From Marsupella aquatica (lineage: Eukaryota; Plantae; Marchantiophyta), in contig OZ316892.1 in assembly GCA_973895155.1 (NCBI GenBank), positions 10,458,283-10,522,282 of the forward strand: a stretch of 64,000 nucleotides of DNA. Direction: 5' to 3'. Position numbers and translations under genes: made by a program. The stretch's first letter is position 1, and each line of letters begins with the position of its first letter. Of the stretch, positions 51,395 through 61,009 are shown one piece after another. Below the pieces are notes generated by a model. That model had not been told where the DNA came from, searched no databases, and saw only the letters and a list, made by a program, of their open reading frames with translations.

Positions 51395-54300
51395 TTGGTG
51401 GAGAGTTGGGAACCACAGCTTGGCTCTAAGTTAACAGGGGAGGAGAGACGTCGCATGCATCGATTCCTGAAGAGTTATTGGAATTGTTTTGCATTCAGCA
51501 TGAAGGATTTGGGGACATTGAAGGGCCCTGGTATTCAGATTGAATTGGCTAGTGATGCGCCAATCTTTCGTAGACCATACCGCTATAGTGACATGGAGAG
51601 AGCTCTGATTCAAAGTAGAACTCAAGATTTGTTGGAGGCTGGATTGGTGGAGATTTCATATGGGGAGTATGCATCTGCCACAGTGATGCCAGCCAAGAAG
51701 GATGTGCATGGCAATTACACAGATAGGCGCATGTGTGGTGATTACAGACCTATTAATCGCCAGACAAAATCTGATCGATATGCCATGCCCACACCTGAGG
51801 AGATCTTTGATGTTGTGGGGCATGCAAAGGTTTTCAGTTCATTGGATCTGAGGGCAGGATACCATCAGCTTCCAATTAGGCATGCTAACAGGTCCAAGAC
51901 AGCATTCTGGGGGATTGATTCTTATGGGAAAGATCGTTTGTATCAATGGTTATTCTTACCATCCAGAGAGTCATGGATCGAATCCTTGCAGGTTTGGATT
52001 TTGTCAGATGTTATATTGATGATATTTTTGTCTATTCTTCTACTGTGGAAGAACATCAGCAGCACTTGCAGATTGTGTTGGAGAGATTGAGAGCACATGG
52101 GTTGAAGCTCCATCCTGGCAAGTGTAAGTTCTTCCAAGACCAGATTGAGTATTTGGGCCACACTATATACCCAGGGGGATTGGGTGTACAGCAGACTAAA
52201 GTGGAGGCCATACACAGATTCCTCATCCTACTGATGTGAGCAGAGTTCGTGCATTCTTGGGATTGGCGAGCTACTATAGGAGGTATGTTAAAGGATTTAG
52301 CCAGCTTGCTAAACCTTTAACGATACTCACTAAGTTGGATCAGGAATGGACTTGGGGTGATGACCAAGAGCATGCCTTTCAGGAGTTGAAGCAAAGGTTG
52401 GCATCATCCCCTATTTTGAGAAGACCCATTTCAGGCAGACCATTTCAGCTACACACTGATTGGAGTGGAGTAGGATTTGGAGCAGTGCTAACTCAGAAGG
52501 ATGATGAGGGGAATGAGTTTGTTGTGGCTTATGCCAGTAGATCAAACAATGCAGCAGAGGCTAAGTATAGCTCTTATGAGGGAGAGTGTTTGGCAGCAGT
52601 GTGGGCTGTTGCACACTTTCGTTGCTACTTGTTTGGTAACCCCTTTACCTTGATCATTGATCATCAGCCTCTTAAGTGGTTAATGGAGTCTGACAAACTT
52701 ACAGGGAAGCTTGCACGATGGGCATTGTTGTTACAGGAGTATGATTTCCAGGTGGTGCATAGGCCTGGAAAAGTGAACTTGGATGCAGATGGATTAAGCC
52801 GCAATCCATGTACTAGTCAGCAAGATGAGACTAGAGCTAGATGGCATGATGAGTCAGATAAGGAGATGGTGCCAGGATGGCATGCATCTGCCTTTCTTTG
52901 TTGGGTGCCAGCATACAGTGGATCTGTGGACTCTACCTCATTGGATGGAGTGGATGATGAGTCTTCAGATGTGGATGTTGGTGAGGTAACTTCTGGACAA
53001 CAAGATATTCACAATGATGTGAGAGTGTTGGAATATTTGCGCAGTGGTTCTATTGTTGGCAGTGTTGATGCCAAGGAACGTGACAGGGTTCTACAGAGAG
53101 CCAAGAGATTTCGATGGGAGGGAAACCATCTTTTGAGAGTACTGCATGATGGTAGGATGTTGGTGGTACCAAAACCATCACAACGAGTACATTTGGTGCG
53201 ACATGCGCATGAGGAGTTGGGTCACTTTGGTGTGAAGTGCACTTACAGCTTGCTACAGACACAGTATTGGTGGCATGGTATGCACACTCATGTCCAGCAG
53301 TTGATAGCTAAGTGTGTGGTATGTGATAGAGTGAGAACATCATTTAATGCTCCCACTCCCTAGTTGCACCCGTTGCCGATCATGGGTTTGGGATATCGTT
53401 GGAGTTTGGATTTTGCTGGTCCATTACCTCTTACCCAATGTCATAATCGGTATGTTTTGGTCATGGTGGAGCACTTCTCCAAGTGGATTGAGCTAGTGGC
53501 GTTGCCAGATAAAGCCAGTGGAGGAGTTGCTGCTACATTTTTGGATCGTGTACTCAGTCATTTTGGAGCACCAGCTGAGGTGTTGACTGATCAGGGAACT
53601 GAGTTCCGTGGAGAGTTTGAGAGTTTGTGTGAACAAGCTCTGATTGATCATCGTACTACCTCTCGTGATCATCCTGAGGCAGATGGATTAGCTGAGAGAG
53701 TTGTGCAAACTGTGAAGAGAGGATTGCGTAAGTATGGCTTGCAGGTTGGTCATCTGGGAGATTGGGATCTCTAGCTACCTTGGTTAGCTATGGGCTACCG
53801 TTTCAGTCGGCAAGCATCACTTGCATCCTTCTCACCTTACTTTTTGCTCTATGGTAGAGAGCCAAATTTGCCAGCAGCTATTCGTCGTGATGCTACATCA
53901 GTTGTGAACTTAGATGATCCTGATGTTTGGGTCAAGGTGTGTTCAGAGAGAGCACAGGTATTTCAGCGAGTGATGCCCATGGCTTTTGACAACCTTGCCA
54001 TTACCCAACATCGTGATACTTTGAGGTATGCCACTATTCGTGGAGGAGGTTACCGTGCAAGCATTCGACGATTTCATCCTGGTGATTATGTTTATTTGCA
54101 GCAGACAGCACCCACCACACTTGATGTGACCGCAGGCCGGACAATCTTACGTGTGCGTGAAGTGTTGCCTTCTGGTGTCCTAATATTGGAGGGACGCGAT
54201 GGTATGGTTTGGAAGGATCATGTGCGCAACTGTGCACCATGTCACCTTTCCAACATTGATGGTACAGTAGATCCAAGCTTGGCACATGTTCGTGCTGGCT

Positions 54301-54446
54301 TGAAATGTATGTTGTGTGGATCTACTCAGGGAGCAGCTACTATGTTGATTTGTGATCAGTGTTCTAGAGGATGGCACATGTCATGTTTGACACCACCATT
54401 GCAGGTGATTACTAGTGGATCATGGTTGTGTCCTCAGTGTCGGTGA
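51395..54446 (+). pseudogene. Gypsy RT, RNase H, integrase and C-terminal PHD finger
   Basis: RMCGDYRPIN, LDLRAGYHQ, YIDD (52012), TDWS..YEGE..DHQPL..DADGLSR, HEELGH..CVVC, SLDF / TDQG / AERV, then a C4-H-C3 PHD at 54306-54440. Small deletion near 51960; stops at 53361 and 53772. Confidence 0.95.
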
Positions 54447-54610
54447 AGCCGACTAGTTATCATTTGTGTTCTGTTGGCAGATATAGATTGCAGGTAGGTG
54501 ATCGATGGGGCTCACTTGCACCCGACCTCTTGATCTTCACACCTAAAAAGGTGTATATCAACCTTGTAGAACTCATGGCTAGCTAGAGTTAGGGGACCTT
54601 ACTCCCAGCT

Positions 54611-54620
54611 AGGGGGGCGA
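54611..54620 (+). other. Polypurine tract of the gypsy element
   Basis: AGGGGGGCGA, one base before the TG that starts repeat B1. Confidence 0.75.
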
Positions 54621-54621
54621 T

Positions 54622-55223
54622 TGTGGGGTTGGACATGTGTGGACATGAGTTCCACTTGTATTCCATTCTCTTGTGTTTGTGATGTGGCAATGTGACTATG
54701 TCTGGATGTATGTGACAAGCGATGTATGTTGTGTAGTGATGTGTATGTGCACGACAGCTGTCACACCATTCTAGGTAGTGTTAGAGTGTATCGTACTATC
54801 TAGATCCGTATGTTTGGTATGTGTGTTATATGAGCCGATAAGGTTCCGTCAGGTTTGTGTGAGAGGGTACTTCTCACTTGTGAGGCATTGAAAGGTCATC
54901 TTTCAATGTTGAGCCTTGGAGAGAGAGGAGCTTGAGTGGCTATGGTGGCTGTGAGCTCCGCTTGTGTAACGTGGATTCCTTGAGTAGTGCAAGGTGCGTT
55001 GGCTTGACATACGTGTGTGATCGGATCGGTGCGGGATCGATGGGATATTGTTGACCGGGATCGTTGTGCCGATTGTATTGAGATTATTGTGGGTTTTGGA
55101 CATGTGTGGACATGAGTTCCACTTGTATTCCATTCTCTTGTGTTTGTGATGTGGCAGTGTGACTATGTTTGGATGTATGTGACAAGCGATGTATGTTGTG
55201 TAGCGATATGTATGCGCACGACA
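54622..55223 (+). repeat. Right-hand repeat block B1 (54622-54756), GC, A2 (54759-55086), B2 (55088-55223)
   Basis: B1 and B2 are ~135-bp near-identical copies ending GCACGACA; A2 matches A1. Confidence 0.95.
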
Positions 55224-55780
55224 CAATGAAGTGGATTATCAGGTATTTGAAGGGTACCATGGATCATGGTCTTTTATTTGATGCAAATGCAAAGAATGCG
55301 AGATCATTGATTGGCTATGTAGATTCTGACTATGGACAAGATCTAGACCGAAGGAGATCAACAACAGGGTACGTGTTCACACTTGGCGGTGGATGCATAA
55401 GTTGGAGGTCTACTTTGCAGAAGTGTATTGCTTAGTCTACTATAGAAGCGGAGTATGTTGCAGCAGCGGAAGCAGCGAAGGAAGCGATTTGGTTGGATAG
55501 ACTTATCATTGAAATGAGATTGCCACAAGGGAATGTGAAGCTCCATTGTGATAGTCAAAGTGCGCTCCACCTTGCTATGAACCAGGTGATGGACAGTAGA
55601 GTGAAGCACATAGATGTCAAGTACCATTTTATCAGGCAGACTGTGTCTGATAATTTGTTTGAGCTAGTCAAGATAGACGATAAACTCAACCCAGCTGACG
55701 CATTTACCAAAGTGATTCCTTCGGAAAGTTTCTCTAGACATCGTGATGTGCTACAGGTTTTGCAATTGCGTCACAAGTAA
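55224..55780 (+). pseudogene. Copia pol, part 2: RT end and RNase H
   Basis: MKWIIRYLKGT, YVDSDY, RRSTTGY, EAEYVA, CDSQSA, KHIDVKYHFIR, NPADAFTK. Confidence 0.95.
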
Positions 55781-55972
55781 GGGTTTTTCTTAACATTCGC
55801 TGTAATTATTGATATATGCTCTTCTTCACTCCTAGTAGTAGGCTACAGCTTAGTTTTGGTTTGCTCTAGTTAGAGAGGGGAAACCATGTTGGTTTTCGTC
55901 CAGAACTTCCCGCTGAGGAATCATATAGGTTAGCAGTATTACCCTCCCCTAGACCAGAGTCAAGGGGGAGAT

Positions 55973-56315
55973 TGTTAGGTATTTACTCAAGGTCTAGGGT
56001 TACGACATGTAACCGTAGTTAGGCTAACCATAGTCGGAGACGTGGTTAGGTTAACTAGGATGCACACTATATGCCAAGCGGTGTTTGCTTGGATAAGTGG
56101 AACTTAGGCTCATTGTTACGAAGCCACTTGAGAGATGAGGAGAGCTTACACTGTGGAGACTTGGTTTAGCCGACGGGCTTAGAGTTCAGTAAAGCTCTCT
56201 TGTGTGTTCCTGTGGACGTAGCCTGGAGGAGGTGAACCACGTATCTCTTGTGTCGACTACTTGCGCGTTGGATGTGTCATGTGCTTACCATTACGAGTGT
56301 CGTCTATGCTCAACA
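55973..56315 (+). repeat. Copia 3' LTR, preceded by PPT AAGGGGGAGA
   Basis: TGTTAGG..CTCAACA, matching the 5' LTR. Confidence 0.95.
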
Positions 56316-56333
56316 GGCTGCAGGGAGGATTTT

Positions 56334-56817
56334 CCTTGGAAATGTTTTTTCTTAATTTATTAGTGACCACAAAAACCCCGTGGCAAGGAAAACAGGAAAG
56401 TGACCCGCAACACACAATCAACCACCCCGCCATAAGAGCGGAAACAACAACATGCGATGAAAGCCCAGAGACCAGGCGGTCCACCATGAAAACAGTGATC
56501 CACGCCAGGTGAAAGCAGAGCTCAAGTACTGCATTCCCCATTGGCCAGCATATTTCCTATCTAGATGTAATCCAAGTCTGCCGGCTGTTCAGCCACACTA
56601 ATCTTTCCTGGATAAGGATCTCCTTCACTCGTAACAGTCGTGTGTGTCGTCTGCCCGAGGGTAAACACAGGCCCACCACCGATGCATGGTCAACAGCCTC
56701 TGAGAGGGTAAAGCGAAGATCAAATGTCCTAAAGCCATTGGCCTGAAACATGTGTACATTCCTACTCTGCCATAAAGACCAAAGGATCTGATAGAGAATA
56801 AATAGTTTGGCTACTGT
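56334..56817 (-). mobile_element. 5'-truncated LINE fragment with an 18-bp TSD
   Basis: GGCTGCAGGGAGGATTTT at 56316-56333 and 56818-56835. The minus strand encodes LWSLWQSRNVHMF (an ORF2 C-terminal WxxWxxRN motif) and has AATAAA plus an A-rich end. Confidence 0.75.
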
Positions 56818-56899
56818 GGCTGCAGGGAGGATTTTATGGTTTAAAATATATAAATCTTTTTTGCTGTACTTTGGTGGTCAGTGGTTGTCGCCTCTCTTT

Positions 56900-57330
56900 G
56901 TGTCATGACGTCTTTCACTCGACAAATTCTTTTTACGCAATGAGATCTTTCTAACAAATATATCTTTTGCACCATGATAATTTTTCAATTACATCTTTAG
57001 CACAACATCTTTTACACATTGACAGACGTCTTTTGCCAAACAATATCTTTTAGTAAACTACATCTTTGCGCAATGACATCTTTTGAGCAACCACATATTT
57101 TACTTATTAATGACATCTTTTATTTAACAACATTGTAAATGCAATGACATATTAACGCAACAACAACTTTTGCGCAACTGAGACAACATATATGACTAAC
57201 GACATCACTTTACTTAATATGGACCATTTTGTACTTAACAACAACTTTATACTAACAACATCTTTTCTATTAACAACATCTTGGGCGTCATGACATATTT
57301 TTTTTCACGACATCTTTTGTGCAATGCACA
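56900..57330. repeat. Degenerate minisatellite (ACATCTTTT-type units)
   Basis: Many variants of (G/C)ACATCTTTT at roughly 20-bp spacing. Confidence 0.65.
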
Positions 57331-57620
57331 GATATTGAGCTCGTTAGGTATGAAACAAAGGTGTGTAATTATTTTGGAGGCCCCTCCTATATCCATAACC
57401 TCTTGTCTTAAGGTCACACTTGTTATCATTTTTTTGGACTGTATCTACCTACCACAAGGGCTGTCCAAGCTGGGGCTTTGGTCTGAATCTTGCTCACAAA
57501 TTGTTCAGAAAAGCTTCTTGGCTACCATCAATCAGTTTTTTTTCACTTTCTAGTCACAGGATTATAGCCTAGTAACTGCCCAGACAATCATTATCCTGTA
57601 CAATATATACAATATGATGA

Positions 57621-57837
57621 CTACATGAGCCCTATGCCCATGCGTTGCACGACACAGGGCTAGCCCATAGGGAGTCAGGCCGGGGCATTTATGGGGCAGC
57701 GGGAAGCACATATGTGCCAGAGGTACACATGTCCTCCATCAATGGCTAGGGAAAACAGCCAATCGAATCCAACGGTTGTTGATCTTTCTTGCCTAGGAAC
57801 TTTTTTGTATTAGGATGAAGGAAAAAAAGGGCGGAGA
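57621..57837 (-). mobile_element. Possible short non-autonomous Helitron
   Basis: The minus strand starts A/TC and ends with the imperfect hairpin CGTGCAACGCATG then GTAG/T (canonical end is CTAG). Confidence 0.3.
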
Positions 57838-58758
57838 TATAAATATTTACATGCGGGGGAGGGGGGCTGTGAGAACTGGGAGAACTGACGGAGCTGTGAG
57901 AACTAGGGTTTGGGGTTTTTGGTGTTCCGGAGGGTGAGGCGTTCGATCTTTGTGTATTGTGTTATGTTTGTGATGATTATCGTGATAATGGCAAGGATTA
58001 CTTCGGATTAAGACGACTTTGAATGGATTTGACCATCAGGATGATGGTCCACGGACAAGCTATCTAAACTTCGCTTACTCTGACGCGCGACGGAAGCTGA
58101 CGCTGTAGATTCAAGCTTTTTCCCAAGGATTCTAACATCTGAATGACGGGAATGCATCTGGGAGCAGACAAGAAGTCCGACCGTGCTCGTGCTGTGGGCT
58201 GTTTCTCTGGGTAGGGTGAAATTGCGTCACAGTCGAAAGGAGCCGCGGGGCTAATCTCTTTGGCCTTTATGCTGAAAGCGCTTTCAACTTTACTGGCATT
58301 CAAACAACGTTACGACATCTTTGATTGGGTAGTGCGGACACTGCCACTGGTGTACTGCATTGCATGCGATCACTAGTACTGGTTTATGTTGCATATTCCC
58401 TGAGGTGCTGCTCTTGCGGCTTCTCACTTTCTGCCTCCAATTCCTGGGGTGACTCTACCATCCCTACGGCTCACTCGGTGATTCTGGCAAAATTGGCTTG
58501 CTGGTGACTCCCTAGACCTCCTTTGGGGATCTCGGTGCTGGTCTCGTGCTGGTGGACATTCTCCTTTCTGGTGACCAGGATTCCAGGTGAGATATTGTCA
58601 ACATCCTGCGCTATTAATTTAGGTCTCCCTTTCACAAAGTTCATGCATTGGTGACTGGGAATCGCCTGCTTCGTCTTTGAGGTGCGTGCTCACTGTATCC
58701 CGGGTGCTGGACTGGTGCCCCCTGCCATTTACCTTTCTTTGATTTTGTCTCGATCAAC

Positions 58759-60933
58759 TTGATATCTATGTCGATATATCGGAGGAACACTTTGGGACAC
58801 GGAGGACGCGGGGCTCTCATGGCGGGACCTGCCTTTCTACGCGACGGGGCTGCACAGAGGGATGCGGCACGGAGGGATGTGGAAGGAGGTGCTGGCCATT
58901 GGCATCATGTGGATTCTGGTGGCCCTCGCGAGCGCGAGTTTTCTGCTCCTAGCAGGGGTGGTTATGTCAGCAATTTTTCGGGACAGGATGCCCGATCCGA
59001 TTTGATAAGAAACCAATGTCCACTTGATAGGGAGGCAATCACTGCTCTTCCCACTGATCAACCATTGCAGAGTTGGTTCGGTTTGAAACCTTCTGGTGAT
59101 AATGTTGATGGATTCGCAAGATGGGAAGCTCATCGTGCCCTTGACACTGTTTCTATGGATGTTTTGGAAGGCCGTGAGCAGCCCTCCTACATTGAAACCT
59201 TTCAAGATGACATTGGTGAACGATCTGGTAGGGAAGACATGAATGTGGACGGAGTGTCTGAGCAGGATCGCAGTGATCGCAGCCATTTTCACTCAGCTGG
59301 GCCTGCTGGTCCTCCAACTTTGGGTGCAACGGGAGAGGGCGCGCAATCCTCAACTGAGGCAAGGGCGGAGGAAGCTGAGGCTTGCATTCCGCTTTTAAGA
59401 AGGATCTCAGATCTCACGATACAAAATTGGCCCTCCCAGCTTCACACTACAATTACTTGGTCCCTTGAAGAGGCGGCTGAGACTGTTCGGGGGCTATTCA
59501 ACTGCTCAATGATGTGTTATTTCACTGATCGTGCACCTATGCTTCCGACGTTTAAATTCTGGGTGGAGAAGACTTTTGTTAACGAAAGGAAGTGGCCAGT
59601 AACACAAGTGAAATTCGTGGGGAAGAGCTTCTACATGGTGGCCTTCAAAAATCCTGAGCACCGGGACCTGGCTTTGGCAGAGGCACCCTGGTTTCTGGAA
59701 CGGAAGTATGTTTTTACCTTCCCTTGGGACCCGTCCTTTGATATCATGAATGAGTCCTACACTCTCTTACCTGTTTGGATTGAAATCCCTTTTTGCGCAT
59801 TGCTATTGGAACCCTGTCGTCGGAAGCTGGCTGCTTCTCTGGGAGATATTTTGCATTATATTCAGGGCGATGATTTAAGCTCCTACCCCCATGATCGTGT
59901 TTGTATACTCTGGGACACTCAGCGGGAGGTCCCGCGCAGTGTTGAAGTCCAAATTCAGGCTGATCTCTCCATCTGGCAACCAGTCATTTTCAAAAATATA
60001 CCCTTCCACTATTTTATCTGTAATCGCAAAGGCCACTTGGCCAGGGATTGTCGATCACACGAGGAGCAGGCATAGGAGGCCCCCCTGGCCGCTCCTCCTC
60101 TTAATACTGATCAGGGTGAGGTTATCCCTGCGGAAATTGTTACTGCTGTTGACATACCTGCCCCTCTTGAGTCTGAAACCATGGCGGCTCCTTCTCCTCC
60201 CGAGGGCATCCTCGGAACTACGACTGCTGTTGAGCATGATCCTGGAGGGAGCTCTTTATTTGGCGCTGCACCGGTGCTGGCTATTGATTCCTGGCCAGTT
60301 GTGATTGCATCGGTAGTGGATGAATCTGCTGAATTGGGTCCCCAAAACCCTCTGGTTAACTCTGTTTCTATGGAGAACGAGGTTCCTAGGATTTTTCAAG
60401 ATCTACAAGCTATGAATGACGAGCCTAAGCTTCTGTTGGCAGCACCTGAGATTACTTTGATGCCGTCTAGGGAACTTGAACCCCCTTTGGCACCTTCACC
60501 TGCCGAAGGAACTCAACTGGTTGCTATTGGGGAGGGATCTGAGGAAATGGTGGACGACCCCTCTGGCTCTGAAATAAATTCTGATATGGAGCTATCCAAA
60601 TATGAGGGATTTATATCCCGCTCTGCTCAAAAGAAACACCGAGCTCGTAAACTGGCACGCAGATCCCCACCTGAAGAGAAAAGGAAGGATAAAGGCAAAA
60701 AGAAAGCCAAGAATCAACGATCCTTACTTTTCTCCCCTGATTCTACTGTGCAGGATGCTGAGGGCTGGGTGACTCCAGGACGGAAGCTGACTCGGGAGCA
60801 AAATCGCTCCAGCACTGCGCTCCCTGTCCCTGTGGTGGAGGTGCAGCCTATTGCTGAACGGGATCCCCCGCCTATCCTTATGGGTGGTGCGGTGGGGGTG
60901 GTTGGTGGGAATGCTGCCCCTCTGACCTGCTGA
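58759..60933 (+). pseudogene. L1-type LINE ORF1 (DUF4283-like plus degenerate zinc knuckle), stop at 60073
   Basis: PWFLERKYVFTFPWDPSF..LPVWIEIP and YFICNRKGHLARDC. Confidence 0.85.
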
Positions 60934-61009
60934 ATATTGAGGCATAATTTTGTCTATTTGTTGCTTCTCCTAAAGCTGCTTTGCTGGCCCCCTGGAGAAG
61001 TGGAGCGAT

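Larger units (their letters stand above)
45984..55223 (+). mobile_element. Ty3/gypsy retrotransposon with DNMT and PHD domains and permuted A-body-B-A-B terminal repeats
   Basis: Splits the copia RT at HWEA/MKW with a 4-bp TSD CAAT (45980-45983, 55224-55227). Ends are TGTC..GACA. Domain order gag-PR-DNMT-RT-RH-INT-PHD. Confidence 0.95.
19157..56315 (+). mobile_element. Ty1/copia LTR retrotransposon expanded to 37 kb by nested insertions; gag/protease missing
   Basis: Paired 343-bp TG..CA LTRs with about 7 transitions between them. TSD is GGTTG/GGCTG. Met-tRNA PBS at 21002, PPT at 55962. Integrase-RT-RNaseH order is the copia order. Confidence 0.92.

Noticed and set aside
45984-55223. Classifying the A..BAB element as a DIRS/PAT/Ngaro tyrosine-recombinase retrotransposon
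   Set aside because: No tyrosine recombinase motifs seen. It has an aspartic protease, an HHCC-DDE integrase, TG..CA ends and a TSD.
56900-57330. Regularly spaced repeats as a CRISPR-like array
   Set aside because: The units are short and degenerate, there are no unique spacers or cas genes, and the context is eukaryotic.
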